Source: Candidatus Poribacteria bacterium (GTDB taxonomy: Bacteria > Poribacteria > WGA-4E > PCPOR2b). Taken from it: a stretch of DNA of 64,000 nucleotides. The stretch lies in contig OZ220744.1 in the NCBI GenBank assembly GCA_965116925.1, positions 5,856,001-5,920,000 on the forward strand, written 5' to 3'. A program made the translations under genes and the position numbers. The notes under the pieces were generated by a model that was not told the DNA's origin, ran no database searches, and saw nothing but the letters and a program-made list of their open reading frames with translations. Numbering within the stretch: the stretch's first letter is position 1; each line of letters starts with the position of its first letter. Positions 1-10,496 of the stretch are shown piece by piece.

Positions 1-1
1 T

Positions 2-571
2 TTAGAGCATATCCTGCAGAGGGATTCGGGTTCAAACGGTGAAAGGACTGTTCGGATTAATGTCACTGAAATCAAGCGCCCTGAATTAGATGCTCAACTT
101 GTTGCTGAAGCGGTTGCCCTGCAAATCGTACGTCGATCCAATTTTAGGCAGGCAATGAAGAAAAGTATTATCGCTTCAATGAAAGCTGGTGCCCAAGGGG
201 TTAAAATCAGTATCGGTGGTCGACTTGGTGGCGCGGAAATGGCACGCTCAGAATCAAATATTGAAGGCAGGGTGCCGCTGCATACGCTCAGAGCGAACAT
301 TGATTATGGCTTCGCTGAAGCTGATACAACCTACGGTAAGATTGGCATTAAAACGTGGATTTTTAAGGGAGAGGTTATTGGCAGACCGGAGCTTCCAGTA
401 ACCGGTAGCCGTGCTACGCAGGTCCCGACTGATTCTTCTCAAAGACGCTCATCACGCTATTCAGAGGAAGAAGGACCCGCAGCGCGATCCGAAGGTAGGT
501 CTAGACGCAGAAGAGATCAGGATAGGCGACGGGGCCCACGTAGAACCAATCGTCAAAATAGAGACTCGTAA
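2..571 (+). CDS. rpsC: 30S ribosomal protein S3 (5'-partial)
   Basis: Frame open from the window edge ([14 protein letters not shown]); [10 protein letters not shown] and [15 protein letters not shown] motifs; Arg/Ser-rich C-terminal tail. Confidence 0.97.
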   Translation, partial: LEHILQRDSGSNGERTVRINVTEIKRPELDAQLVAEAVALQIVRRSNFRQAMKKSIIASMKAGAQGVKISIGGRLGGAEMARSESNIEGRVPLHTLRANIDYGFAEADTTYGKIGIKTWIFKGEVIGRPELPVTGSRATQVPTDSSQRRSSRYSEEEGPAARSEGRSRRRRDQDRRRGPRRTNRQNRDS

Positions 572-610
572 ACGCTTGTTCACGAGTATGAATTAGAAGG
601 AGTAAATAAA

Positions 611-1024
611 ATGTTGATGCCCAAACGGGTTCTACATCGCAAAGTGCAGCGCGGAAAACGCCGTGGCAAACCTTACCGCGGTTCACGAATAGATTTCGGC
701 GAGTATGGCTTGAAAGCAATGGAGCCGGGTTGGATCACGAGCCGCCAAATTGAATCTGCGCGACAGGCAATCACCCGTCATGTGCGTCGTGGTGGCACGG
801 TTTGGATTAAAATTTTTCCGCATAAACCGGTAACGAAGAAACCCGCTGAAACCAGAATGGGAAGCGGGAAAGGAGCTCCTGAGTTTTGGGTGGCTGTTGT
901 TAAACCGGGGCGCATTTTATATGAATTGAGCGGTGTCCCAGAAAACGTAGCAAAGGAAGCCCTGACTAGGGCATCCCACAAATTGCCGATTAAGACGAAG
1001 TTTATCAGTCGAACGGGAGAATAA
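611..1024 (+). CDS. rplP: 50S ribosomal protein L16
   Basis: MLMPKR start, RMGSGKG motif, operon order. Confidence 0.98.
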   Translation: MLMPKRVLHRKVQRGKRRGKPYRGSRIDFGEYGLKAMEPGWITSRQIESARQAITRHVRRGGTVWIKIFPHKPVTKKPAETRMGSGKGAPEFWVAVVKPGRILYELSGVPENVAKEALTRASHKLPIKTKFISRTGE

Positions 1025-1031
1025 TCAAACA

Positions 1032-1238
1032 ATGACCGCTAATGAGTTACGCAGCAAATCATCTGAGGAGTTGGAAAGCGACCTTCAAGATTTTAAGGAT
1101 ACTGCGTTCAACATCAAGTTCCGAAGACTATTAGGGCAACTTGAAGATACATCCCAATTACAAAAAGTCAAGAAGGATATCGCACGGATTCATACCATTC
1201 TTCGTCAACGTGAACTGGGGATTGAAGAGTCACCATAA
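1032..1238 (+). CDS. rpmC: 50S ribosomal protein L29
   Basis: ELR..S.EEL and KKDIARIHTIL; position after rplP. Confidence 0.96.
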   Translation: MTANELRSKSSEELESDLQDFKDTAFNIKFRRLLGQLEDTSQLQKVKKDIARIHTILRQRELGIEESP

Positions 1239-1260
1239 CTATAGTTACGAGAGGAAAAGC

Positions 1261-1536
1261 GTGGATAAGCATCAGCGATGGAACCGTAAGTTCAGAACAG
1301 GTACTGTAACAAGTGATCGGATGGATAAAACAGTTGCTGTTGAAATTGTGCGGACTTATCAGCACCCCCTTTATAAGAAAATTGTGAGACGTTCCACAAA
1401 GATTCTGGCTCACGACGAACAGAATGAGTGTCGTGTCGGCGATCTCGTCCAGATTGTCGAAGTTCGGCCACTTAGCCGTCGTAAACGTTGGAAAGTTCGC
1501 CAAATTGTCTCCAAGACAGAATCAATGGATGTGTGA
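1261..1536 (+). CDS. rpsQ: 30S ribosomal protein S17
   Basis: GTVTSDRMDKTV, HPLYKK, RPLSRRKRW; GTG start after a GAGGA RBS. Confidence 0.96.
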   Translation: MDKHQRWNRKFRTGTVTSDRMDKTVAVEIVRTYQHPLYKKIVRRSTKILAHDEQNECRVGDLVQIVEVRPLSRRKRWKVRQIVSKTESMDV

Positions 1537-1574
1537 AGTGGAAGACGGGGTTAAACTCAGGAAGGTAATGACCA

Positions 1575-1943
1575 ATGGTTCAAGCATATACTCTATTGAA
1601 TTGTGCGGATAATACAGGCGCAAAGCAGCTTATGTGTATTCGCGTGCTCGGCGGTAGTAGAAGGCGCTACGCACGAGTCGGAGATGTAATTGTGGCAAGT
1701 GTGAAAGAAGCAAATCCAAATAGCCAAGTTAAAAAGGGAGATGTTGTACGGGCTGTCGTAGTACGTGCAACCAAGGAACATCGCAGGCTCGATGGTTCTT
1801 ATATCAAATTCGATAGGAATGCTGCCGTATTGATTGATGCTCAGGACCAGCCTCGTGGAACACGCATTTTCGGGCCCGTTGCTCGTGAACTGAGAGAAAA
1901 AGCATTTGCACGAATTGTCTCTTTAGCCCCAGAGGTCATTTAA
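1575..1943 (+). CDS. rplN: 50S ribosomal protein L14
   Basis: [26 protein letters not shown]. Confidence 0.98.
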   Translation: MVQAYTLLNCADNTGAKQLMCIRVLGGSRRRYARVGDVIVASVKEANPNSQVKKGDVVRAVVVRATKEHRRLDGSYIKFDRNAAVLIDAQDQPRGTRIFGPVARELREKAFARIVSLAPEVI

Positions 1944-1965
1944 AGCCCCCTAGGAGGTAGTACCG

Positions 1966-2316
1966 TTGCAAACCAGATTTCACGTAAGAAAAAACGACCA
2001 CGTGGTCGTATTGACCGGGAAGGATAAGGGTAAAACAGGCGTTATTCTAGAAATGCTTCCGCATAAACGCCGTGCCACTGTTGAAGGGATCCACATGATC
2101 AAAAGGCATACCCGTCCGAACCCGCAAGCACCGCAAGGTGGCGTCGTGGAAAAAGAAGGGACAATTAATATCGCTAACCTAAAGCTGATTTGCCCAAAAT
2201 GTAACGCGCCCACTCGAACAAAGCGCAGTACCTTTGAGAAGGAAATTGGAGGGCGGACGAAAACATACCACGCCCGTGTCTGCAGAAAATGTGGTGAGTC
2301 TGCTGAACGCGACTAG
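1966..2316 (+). CDS. rplX: 50S ribosomal protein L24
   Basis: KOW motif VVVLTGKDKGKTG; CPKC/CRKC; TTG start after AGGAGG. Confidence 0.97.
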   Translation: MQTRFHVRKNDHVVVLTGKDKGKTGVILEMLPHKRRATVEGIHMIKRHTRPNPQAPQGGVVEKEGTINIANLKLICPKCNAPTRTKRSTFEKEIGGRTKTYHARVCRKCGESAERD

Positions 2317-2368
2317 TTGAGATGAGACCTGTCCCAAGGGAGTTACGCAACCTATAAGGTAAGAATTA

Positions 2369-2911
2369 ATGAGTGTATTTAAAGCTTTTTATCAAGACGA
2401 AGTTTTCACAGCGTTGCAGCAACGTTTCAATTATCCAAATGTTATGCAGGTGCCAAAACTTAACAAGATAACTCTCAATATGGGGGTTGGTGCTGCTATA
2501 CAGGATTCAAAACTTTTGGATAACGCTGCCGAAGAGCTGACACAAATCAGTGGTCAGCGGGCAGCTATTACCCGTGCCAAGAAATCTGTGTCAGCCTTCA
2601 AGGTCCGCACAGGTATGGCTATCGGCTGTAAGGCAACCTTGCGACAGGATAGGATGTACGAATTTTTTAATAAACTTGTCAACGTCGTCCTGCCCCAGAT
2701 TCGTGATTTTCGTGGACTCTCCCCGGATTCCTTCGACGGGCGCGGTAATTACTCTTTGGGTCTCCAGGAGCAAGTCATTTTTCCGGAGATTGAATACGAC
2801 ACCATAAGCGAAGTTCGTGGATTAAATATCACCATTGGAACAACTGCTCCAACTGATGAAGAAGGGCACGAGTTGCTCCGCCTAATGGGAATGCCGTTTA
2901 GAGAATCTTAG
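2369..2911 (+). CDS. rplE: 50S ribosomal protein L5
   Basis: [27 protein letters not shown]. Confidence 0.98.
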   Translation: MSVFKAFYQDEVFTALQQRFNYPNVMQVPKLNKITLNMGVGAAIQDSKLLDNAAEELTQISGQRAAITRAKKSVSAFKVRTGMAIGCKATLRQDRMYEFFNKLVNVVLPQIRDFRGLSPDSFDGRGNYSLGLQEQVIFPEIEYDTISEVRGLNITIGTTAPTDEEGHELLRLMGMPFRES

Positions 2912-2958
2912 CACGTATATGCCACCCTTTGATAGTAGTGAAGGAAAGGAGCCTTCAT

Positions 2959-3144
2959 TTGGCAACAAAAGCTCTTATTGCCAAGCAAAAAAGAACCCCG
3001 AAGTTTCAGGTTCGAAAATATAATCGTTGTCGTAACTGTGGCAGGGCCCGCGGTTATCTGCGAAAGTTTGATCTTTGCCGAATCTGTTTTCGCCTCTTCG
3101 CAAGATCGGGTAAAATTCCGGGAGTCACAAAGGCAAGTTGGTAG
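2959..3144 (+). CDS. rpsN: 30S ribosomal protein S14, Zn-binding (type Z)
   Basis: 61 aa from a TTG start; RCRNCGR...[16 protein letters not shown]. Confidence 0.96.
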   Translation: MATKALIAKQKRTPKFQVRKYNRCRNCGRARGYLRKFDLCRICFRLFARSGKIPGVTKASW

Positions 3145-3180
3145 TGCCTGACTTGTCGGCACGAGTAAAGGAGAAAACTG

Positions 3181-3579
3181 ATGTCAATGACAGATCCGGT
3201 TGCGGATATGCTGACCCGTGTTCGCAATGCGAATATGGTTGGACATGAACGCGTCGAAATCCCCGCATCAAAACTAAAAATGGAGATCACCCGCACACTA
3301 CATGAGGAAGGGTATATCCGCAATTATCGTTGGATTGATGACAGCAAACAGGGCATTTTGCGCATCTATTTGAAGTATGGCGAAGGCAAAGAAAAGGTTA
3401 TAACGGGACTCAAGAGAATTAGCAAACCAGGACGGCGCGTCTACGTGAAAGCGGACCAGCTTCCTAGTGTGTATGGAAATTTAGGGATTGCTATATTATC
3501 GACCTCACAAGGTATTAAGACAGCCTCCGAATGCAGGAAATCCGGCGTTGGTGGTGAAGTCCTCTGTTATATTTGGTAA
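3181..3579 (+). CDS. rpsH: 30S ribosomal protein S8
   Basis: [33 protein letters not shown]. Confidence 0.98.
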   Translation: MSMTDPVADMLTRVRNANMVGHERVEIPASKLKMEITRTLHEEGYIRNYRWIDDSKQGILRIYLKYGEGKEKVITGLKRISKPGRRVYVKADQLPSVYGNLGIAILSTSQGIKTASECRKSGVGGEVLCYIW

Positions 3580-3609
3580 TTTTTCAGTTTGAATTCGGAG
3601 ACGAATACA

Positions 3610-4176
3610 ATGTCACGAATAGGACAAATGCCAATCAGGATGGATTCAAAAGTTAAGATAGCTTTGGACCAAAACGACATTACTGTTGAAGGTCCAAAAG
3701 GCACTCTCAACTGGACAATTCCAGCAGGCATAGCAGTCAATTTAGAAGACGAATTCATCAGGATTGATAGATTAACAAACCAGAAATCACACAGATCGTT
3801 ACACGGATTGACACGGAGCCTTATCGCCAATATGATAACAGGTGTGACCGAAGGTTTTGAAAAACAACTCATCCTCGTTGGCGTTGGCTATCGTGCGGAA
3901 ATAGACCGCCAGAAACGTCTAGTCTTAAATGTTGGGTATTCTCACCCAGTAACCTACGCGCCCCCTGAGGGTATAACCCTAAGTGTCGGTGATTCCGAAA
4001 CTGTGGGGGGGCAACCTCACACACCAATAACTGTGAGCGGTATTGACAAAGCAGTTGTGGGGCAGGTTGCTGCTTCAATCCGTCAGATCAAGAAACCCGA
4101 AGTCTATGAACCTTCCAAAGGGCTCCGTTACGAAGGTGAACGCGTCCGTAACAAGGAAGGTAAAACTGGGGTGTAG
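3610..4176 (+). CDS. rplF: 50S ribosomal protein L6
   Basis: MSRIG, VEGPKG, LVGVGYRA, GYSHPV. Confidence 0.97.
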   Translation: MSRIGQMPIRMDSKVKIALDQNDITVEGPKGTLNWTIPAGIAVNLEDEFIRIDRLTNQKSHRSLHGLTRSLIANMITGVTEGFEKQLILVGVGYRAEIDRQKRLVLNVGYSHPVTYAPPEGITLSVGDSETVGGQPHTPITVSGIDKAVVGQVAASIRQIKKPEVYEPSKGLRYEGERVRNKEGKTGV

Positions 4177-4342
4177 GGTAGCGGTTTAATTGCTATATTT
4201 TGTAGACTAAAGGATCTACAAGTCGGTCAGCCAAAATTATCGTAGCTGGATTTGTCGATTTTTTTTATCGAAATTTCCTTTAGGTCTGTATCCCAAACAT
4301 TTATGTTTGTGGAGTATGTCAATAATATTGGAGGAACAATCG

Positions 4343-4711
4343 TTGGATCGGTCTAAGGCAAAATACATCGCGAGGCATAAGCGACAGAAACGGATACGAG
4401 AAAAAATAATTGGGACTAAAGAAAGACCGAGGCTTTCGGTTTTCAGGAGTTTGAAGCATATTTACGCCCAAATTATTGATGACGAAGCCGGCAACACGCT
4501 TATTGCAGCCTCAACCCTATCACCAGAGTTGAAAGACAGCTTGTCAACACAAGGCAACATTAGTGCAGCACAGCAGGTGGGGACATTAATCGCTCGCCGA
4601 GCAAAAGAGCATCAAATTGAATCAGTAGTCTTTGACCGTGGTGGAAATCTGTATCACGGAAGAATTAAAGCACTTGCTGAGGCTGCTAGAGAAGAGGGAC
4701 TCCGATTCTGA
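4343..4711 (+). CDS. rplR: 50S ribosomal protein L18
   Basis: [35 protein letters not shown] start after GGAGG. Confidence 0.96.
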   Translation: MDRSKAKYIARHKRQKRIREKIIGTKERPRLSVFRSLKHIYAQIIDDEAGNTLIAASTLSPELKDSLSTQGNISAAQQVGTLIARRAKEHQIESVVFDRGGNLYHGRIKALAEAAREEGLRF

Positions 4712-4783
4712 AAATTGCAAGAGAAACTGCCATCGGCGTGTTCGCAAGATGAACTGACGCTTGATAACGAAGGAGAATTGCTT

Positions 4784-5287
4784 TTGAGGGAAAGAATAAA
4801 TCCGGCTGATTTTGAATTTGAGGAACGTCCAATAGATATCAACCGTGTGATGCGTGTTCGCAAAGGCGGACGAACACCTAGCTTTAATGCGCTTTCTGTC
4901 GTTGGAGATCAATCGGGTGTGGTTGGACTTGGCTTTGGGAGTGCAAATGAAATCCCATCAGCTATAGGTAAAAGTATCGCTGATGCGAAAAAAAACCTGA
5001 TTCGCGTGCCTCTATCAGGAAATACTATCCCCCATGAAATCATTGGGAAATATGGCGGTGCCAAGGTTCTGCTCAAGCCAGCTAGCCCCGGTACTGGGAT
5101 TATCGCCGGGCCCGGAACGAGAGTCATTTTGGAGTTTGCCGGGGTGCAAGATGTACTGACCAAGCGACTCGGTTCTCGAAATGTAAAAAACACCGCAGAA
5201 GCCACCATGGAAGCCCTAAAAGGTCTAAAGGATATCAACGACGTGGCTCGTCTTCGTGGAAAAACAGTTGAGGAACTGCTCGACTAA
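4784..5287 (+). CDS. rpsE: 30S ribosomal protein S5
   Basis: INRV.RVRKGGR, LKPASPGTGIIAG; TTG start after AAGGAG. Confidence 0.96.
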   Translation: MRERINPADFEFEERPIDINRVMRVRKGGRTPSFNALSVVGDQSGVVGLGFGSANEIPSAIGKSIADAKKNLIRVPLSGNTIPHEIIGKYGGAKVLLKPASPGTGIIAGPGTRVILEFAGVQDVLTKRLGSRNVKNTAEATMEALKGLKDINDVARLRGKTVEELLD

Positions 5288-5294
5288 TCTTTTT

Positions 5295-5448
5295 GGCTCA
5301 TATAAAAAGAGGGTGCAAAGCACGCCGGAGCAGCTGAGGTTTTAACAAAGGTTCAATAGGCGGGGAAACCAGATGCCCTGCCTACGGTAGAGCTTCTGTA
5401 ATTCCGATTGGGTGCGCCTAATTCGTTCGGAAAATTTAGTCCTGAACC
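5295..5448. repeat. Degenerate MITE-B copy at the usual rpmD position
   Basis: Begins GGCTCATATAAAAAGAGGGTGCAAAGCACG like the copies at 19629 and 43568; degenerate right end CTGAACC; no L30 ORF. Confidence 0.7.
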
Positions 5449-5500
5449 AAAATAAGAACTTCTAATCGTAACAGCCAATCGATAAAATGGAGAAATATTG

Positions 5501-5947
5501 ATGAAACTAAACGAACTCAAACCTGCAGAAAATTCGACACGTAATCGGAAGCGAGTTGGGCGTGGCGACAGTTCGGGTTGGGGTAAAACTTGTGGTCGTG
5601 GTCATAAAGGGCAAAAATCCCGTTCTGGTGTCTCCATTCCTGCGTGGTTTGAAGGGGGACAGATGCCATTGGTGAGACGCTTGCCGAAACGGGGGCCCAG
5701 AAGAATTGCACATAAACGGACTGAATATGAGATTGTAAATATCCAGACCCTAAACCATTTTGACAACGGGACAACGATTACCCCTGAAATTTTGCGAGAA
5801 AATGGTATTACAAAGAAGAAAGATGGGAAGATTAAAATCCTCGGAGAAGGTAACCTCGAAAAACAGCTAACGGTACAGGGGCACCGATTCTCAAAGTCTG
5901 CTATTGAAAAGATAGAATCAACAGGCGGTAGCATTGAGGTGATTTAA
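5501..5947 (+). CDS. rplO: 50S ribosomal protein L15
   Basis: RVGRG.SSG.GKTCGRGHKGQKSR, FEGGQMPL.RRLPKRG. Confidence 0.98.
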   Translation: MKLNELKPAENSTRNRKRVGRGDSSGWGKTCGRGHKGQKSRSGVSIPAWFEGGQMPLVRRLPKRGPRRIAHKRTEYEIVNIQTLNHFDNGTTITPEILRENGITKKKDGKIKILGEGNLEKQLTVQGHRFSKSAIEKIESTGGSIEVI

Positions 5948-7294
5948 GTGATTAAGGCATTCCAAAACGCTTTCAAAATTCCAGAATTGCGGCAGCGGAT
6001 TATCTTTACAGCCCTACTGCTAATTGTTTATCGCTTGGGCGCACACATCACACTTCCCGGCATTGACGATATCGAATTAGAAAAGTTTTTTGATAGTCTG
6101 AGAGGCCGCACTGGTGGAAGCGTCTTGGATTTCGTTGATCTCTTTTCCGGTGGTGCCTTCAAGCAGATGACAATCTTTGCACTTGGTATCCAACCGTATA
6201 TCAGCGCATCAATTGTCATGCAGCTCCTCACCGTCGTTATCCCCTTCCTTGAGAAACTATCCAAAGAACCGGACGGACGGAAAAAGATCACCCAATATAC
6301 GCGGTATGCCACTGTTATTCTTAGTGCAATTCAGGGTGTCATGATCAGCCTGATGTTGCAAAGGCCTGGAGCCATTATTAGCAGTGAAAACATTGAGATT
6401 GTGACGAATCCGGGTATCTGGTGGACTTTGCTAACCATGATCACCTTGATGGCTGGTACCTCCTTCGTTATGTGGCTCGGCGAACAAATTACAGAACGGG
6501 GAATTGGTCAAGGCATTTCCCTAATTATTACAATTGGTATCCTGTCGGGGATGCCGGGTGGAATTCAAACAATATTCAATCAACTCCTTAATCGTCAAAT
6601 TGACCTTCCAAAACTGGTCATCTTCCTCGCTTTGGGAGTTGTGGCGATTATGGGAACTGTGTATATCACCTTCTGTGTCCGCAAAATTCCTGTTCAATAT
6701 GCACGGCGAGTTGTGGGACGTAAGGTGATGGGAGGACAAGCAACCCATATCCCACTGCGCGTCAATGCAGCCGGCATGATCCCAATTATTTTCGCCGTTA
6801 CCTTGATGCAGTTCCCTGCAACGGTTCTGGGGCTTATGCAAAGTCAATTTCCCACATGGGCATGGATTGGGGGATTAATAGCAGTCTTCAGCGCAACGAG
6901 CCCCTTATATTGGACGATCTACGCCCTTCTAATTATCGGTTTCACATACTTCTACACAGCTGTTCAGATTAATCCCGTGCAAATGGCGGATGACTTGAGG
7001 AAATATGGTGGCTTTATTCCGGGCATTCGTCCGGGGAAAAAGACCGCAGATTATATTAACGATACCTTAACTAGAATTACTTTACCCGGTGCGGTATTTC
7101 TCGCTGCAATTGCGGTTTTCCCTTTGCTTCTGCAAGGCTGGCTCGGCACTGGAGCATTAATCAGTGGTGCCTCAGTCTTAATTGTTGTCGGCGTCGTATT
7201 AGATACAGTGTCACAAGTTGAATCCTATTTGACCATGAGACATTACGAAGGGTTCCTGAAGGATAGACGTGTGAGGGGACGTCGCACAAGATAG
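5948..7294 (+). CDS. secY: Preprotein translocase subunit SecY
   Basis: IFALGIQPYISASI, WLGEQITERGIG, GGFIPGIRPG; multiple TM segments. Confidence 0.98.
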   Translation: MIKAFQNAFKIPELRQRIIFTALLLIVYRLGAHITLPGIDDIELEKFFDSLRGRTGGSVLDFVDLFSGGAFKQMTIFALGIQPYISASIVMQLLTVVIPFLEKLSKEPDGRKKITQYTRYATVILSAIQGVMISLMLQRPGAIISSENIEIVTNPGIWWTLLTMITLMAGTSFVMWLGEQITERGIGQGISLIITIGILSGMPGGIQTIFNQLLNRQIDLPKLVIFLALGVVAIMGTVYITFCVRKIPVQYARRVVGRKVMGGQATHIPLRVNAAGMIPIIFAVTLMQFPATVLGLMQSQFPTWAWIGGLIAVFSATSPLYWTIYALLIIGFTYFYTAVQINPVQMADDLRKYGGFIPGIRPGKKTADYINDTLTRITLPGAVFLAAIAVFPLLLQGWLGTGALISGASVLIVVGVVLDTVSQVESYLTMRHYEGFLKDRRVRGRRTR

Positions 7295-7321
7295 GGTTCA
7301 TTTTCCAGTGAAGGAGAGATG

Positions 7322-7438
7322 ATGAAAGTCCGTGCATCAGTAAGAAAAATGTGTAATCAGTGCAAGATTATCAAAAGAAAAGGGGTTATCCGCGTTATCT
7401 GTGCTGCGGATCCAAAGCATAAGCAAAGACAAGGTTAA
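7322..7438 (+). CDS. rpmJ: 50S ribosomal protein L36
   Basis: Hand-translated [38 protein letters not shown]; not in the ORF track. Confidence 0.97.
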   Translation: MKVRASVRKMCNQCKIIKRKGVIRVICAADPKHKQRQG

Positions 7439-7471
7439 GTACTTTACCTAGTACGCAAGGAGGAACAAGAC

Positions 7472-7867
7472 ATGGCAAGAATTGCTGGTGTTGATTTACC
7501 CCGAACCAAGAGGATTGACATTGCCCTGACCTATATTTATGGGATTGGGCACCAAACCGCTTCAAAAATGGTCGAGGATCTGCATATTGATCCCGCCAAA
7601 AAGTCCCAAGATCTTGACGAGTCCGAAATCAGCCGGCTAAGAGAAACAATTAACCAAGATTACCAGGTGGAAGGAGACTTACGACGTGAAGTCGAGTTGA
7701 ACATCAAACGGCTGATGGACATCAATAGTTATCGCGGGTTGCGCCACCGCCGGCAGTTACCGGCACGGGGCCAGCGAACGAGCACTAATGCACGCACGCG
7801 CAAAGGGAAAGCAAAGACTATTTCGGTCGGAAGAAAGGCGAAAGAAGCGGCACGCAAGGGTGGTTAA
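7472..7867 (+). CDS. rpsM: 30S ribosomal protein S13
   Basis: [33 protein letters not shown]. Confidence 0.98.
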   Translation: MARIAGVDLPRTKRIDIALTYIYGIGHQTASKMVEDLHIDPAKKSQDLDESEISRLRETINQDYQVEGDLRREVELNIKRLMDINSYRGLRHRRQLPARGQRTSTNARTRKGKAKTISVGRKAKEAARKGG

Positions 7868-7905
7868 TCCCACTTGTGCATTAAGCTTCAGAAAGGAGAT
7901 CAGTT

Positions 7906-8298
7906 TTGCAAGATTCAGGTTCCGCCAACCGTCGAAGGCGGAGAGAACGAAAGAATGTTTCTGAAGGAATTGCACATATCCAAGCAACCTTTAATAATAC
8001 GATTATTACGATTACCGATCTCAACGGAAATGCAATTGCTTGGGCAAGTGCAGGTAGTAGCTTTCGCGGTTCTCGGAAATCCACGCCATTCGCTGCCCAA
8101 CAAACAGCGGAAACCTGTGCTAGGAAAGCGATGGAACATGGCATGAAACGAATTGAGGTAAGGGTCAAAGGACCAGGCTCCGGCAGAGAGTCCGCAATTC
8201 GATCTCTCTCAGCAGCTGGACTAGAAATTACCGCAATGAAAGATGTAACTCCAATTCCTCATAACGGTTGCCGACCGCCCAAACGGCGGCGCGTCTAA
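7906..8298 (+). CDS. rpsK: 30S ribosomal protein S11
   Basis: [37 protein letters not shown]. Confidence 0.98.
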   Translation: MQDSGSANRRRRRERKNVSEGIAHIQATFNNTIITITDLNGNAIAWASAGSSFRGSRKSTPFAAQQTAETCARKAMEHGMKRIEVRVKGPGSGRESAIRSLSAAGLEITAMKDVTPIPHNGCRPPKRRRV

Positions 8299-8356
8299 CG
8301 TTTGAAAGTTGGGATTTTAAGAAAGGGGGAACTGGTCCTAATTTAACCAGAAAAGG

Positions 8357-8983
8357 ATGAGCAAATATTTAGGTTCTGTATGTAAGTTATGCCGAAGAGA
8401 AGGTGAAAAACTTTTTTTGAAGGGACAACGCTGCGATTCCCCGAAGTGTTCATTTGAGCGCCGTAGTTATCCGCCCGGTCAACATGGTCAAAAACTGCCC
8501 AAAGTCAAAGATTACGGACGCCAATTACGCACCAAGCAGAAATCGAAGCGCATCTATAGCATTTTAGAAAAACCGTTTAAGAACTACTATACAAAAGCCG
8601 CACATCAGAAAGGTGTTGTGAGAGAGAATTTGCTGACATTATTGGAGTGCCGGTTGGACAACGTGGTTTACCGTCTCGGTTTTGCCAACTCACGCTTGCA
8701 GGCTCGACAACTTGTCACACATAATCATTTCCTTGTGAACGGGAAAAGGGTCAATATTCCTTCTTACCTGATACAACCTGGCGATGTTATTCAGACACGC
8801 GAGAAAAGTCGTAACGTGGCAGTGATTCAAGAAGCCTTAGACCGTTCTCAACACCGGGGCACACCAGATTGGCTTGAGTTGGATATCGACAAACAAGAGG
8901 GAGTTGTTAGAATGTTGCCAAACGTCGAGCAACTTGCCACAGACCTCCAAACACAGTTAATCGTTGAACATTACTCCAAATAA
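8357..8983 (+). CDS. rpsD: 30S ribosomal protein S4
   Basis: [35 protein letters not shown]. Confidence 0.98.
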   Translation: MSKYLGSVCKLCRREGEKLFLKGQRCDSPKCSFERRSYPPGQHGQKLPKVKDYGRQLRTKQKSKRIYSILEKPFKNYYTKAAHQKGVVRENLLTLLECRLDNVVYRLGFANSRLQARQLVTHNHFLVNGKRVNIPSYLIQPGDVIQTREKSRNVAVIQEALDRSQHRGTPDWLELDIDKQEGVVRMLPNVEQLATDLQTQLIVEHYSK

Positions 8984-9011
8984 CACAGCTACTTGTAGGA
9001 GGGTAAGATAG

Positions 9012-9995
9012 ATGACAGGGCGGGAAATCACCAAGCCAAAACACCTCATTACGGACCTTGATAACTTGCGGCCTGATTATGGGAAATTTATCGCCGAACC
9101 GCTTGAGCGAGGATTTGGAACGACTATTGGTAACTCGCTTCGACGCGTTTTGCTTTCTTCGATTCAAGGTGCTGCTGTTATTGCTGTTGCTATTGATGGA
9201 GTGAAGCATGAGTTCTCGACGCTTGATGGGATGAAAGAGGATGTTACCCAGGTTCTCCTGAACCTTAAAGAAATTCGATTCCGAGTTCACACCAATGAGG
9301 TGATCACCCTGGTTTTATCCGCAGAAGGCTCCGGTAACATTACAGCAGCTGATATTCAACCGAACGGACAGGTTGAAATCATCAACCCGGACCAACATAT
9401 TGCAACGCTCGACCAATGCGATGGTTTGAATATGGAGATCCAGGTTTGTCGAAGCAGAGGATATGAGTTTGGGGAAGAACATCTGAACTATAATCAACAG
9501 ATTGGCGTTATCCCGGTCGATTCCAAGTTTTCGCCGGTCAGAAAAGTCAATTTCTTGGTTGAAGAAACACGGGTCGGGCACATGACCAACTATGACCGGC
9601 TTATCCTAGAAGTGTGGACAGATGCGAGTATCACTGCAAAAGAAGCGGTTACACAAGCCTCGGACATTTTGTTAGATCAATTTCGGCTCTTTAGCGATTT
9701 TGATGAAACCTACGTGGAGCCAGTCGAAGAAGTTGACGAAGAAGAACTACAGCGTGAGAAATGGCTATCGAAGCCTGTTGCGGAACTCGAACTTTCGGTG
9801 CGATCCGCCAATTGTCTGGAAGCTGCGAAGATTACAACCATCCGAGATCTTGTGGTCAAGACTGAACCAGAGATGTTGAAATTTCGTAATTTCGGCAGAA
9901 AATCCCTGAACGAGATTAAGGATATTCTGTCGGAGATGGGCCTGTCTTTAGGGATGACCCTCGGCAATGGCAATGACAATGGCAATGATGATTAA
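9012..9995 (+). CDS. rpoA: RNA polymerase alpha subunit
   Basis: [43 protein letters not shown]. Confidence 0.98.
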   Translation: MTGREITKPKHLITDLDNLRPDYGKFIAEPLERGFGTTIGNSLRRVLLSSIQGAAVIAVAIDGVKHEFSTLDGMKEDVTQVLLNLKEIRFRVHTNEVITLVLSAEGSGNITAADIQPNGQVEIINPDQHIATLDQCDGLNMEIQVCRSRGYEFGEEHLNYNQQIGVIPVDSKFSPVRKVNFLVEETRVGHMTNYDRLILEVWTDASITAKEAVTQASDILLDQFRLFSDFDETYVEPVEEVDEEELQREKWLSKPVAELELSVRSANCLEAAKITTIRDLVVKTEPEMLKFRNFGRKSLNEIKDILSEMGLSLGMTLGNGNDNGNDD

Positions 9996-10049
9996 GTTGC
10001 CCAAAATACAGTGTTGAAAATCCCGATCTATCGGGGAGGATGGACAATC

Positions 10050-10403
10050 ATGCGTCACCGGAAAATGGGAAGGAAGCTTGGGAGAACAAGCGGACATCGG
10101 AAGGCGTTGTTTAGCAACCAAGCCACCGCACTATTCGAGCACGAACAGATTCGCACAACCCTACCAAAGTGCAAAGAACTCAGGCGAATCGCTGAAAAAC
10201 TGATTACGCTCGCTAAACGAGGGGATTTACATGCGCGCCGTCAAGCCGCTAAGGTTATCCACGACCACGACGTTTTGCAAAAATTGTTCGATGATCTTGG
10301 GCCCCGTTATCAAGACCGTAATGGCGGATATACCCGTATCATCAGAGGTGAACTGAGGCGTAGCGATGCCGCTCAGATGGCGTATATCCAGTTGGTAGAA
10401 TAG
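10050..10403 (+). CDS. rplQ: 50S ribosomal protein L17
   Basis: [28 protein letters not shown]. Confidence 0.98.
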   Translation: MRHRKMGRKLGRTSGHRKALFSNQATALFEHEQIRTTLPKCKELRRIAEKLITLAKRGDLHARRQAAKVIHDHDVLQKLFDDLGPRYQDRNGGYTRIIRGELRRSDAAQMAYIQLVE

Positions 10404-10424
10404 TGCAAGCTTCCATAGGATCAG

Positions 10425-10461
10425 AAAAAAGGCGTTGATTAAAAAATCAACGCCTTTTTTT
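10425..10461. terminator. Bidirectional rho-independent terminator
   Basis: AAAAAAGGCGTTGATT-loop-AATCAACGCCTTTTTTT between convergent genes. Confidence 0.9.
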
Positions 10462-10496
10462 GTTGTAAATTCAAGATCCTGATCTAGTAGCGATTT

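Noticed and set aside
9963..9992. GGCAAT microrepeat at the rpoA 3' end
   Set aside because: Short in-frame low-complexity tail; no evidence of phase variation.
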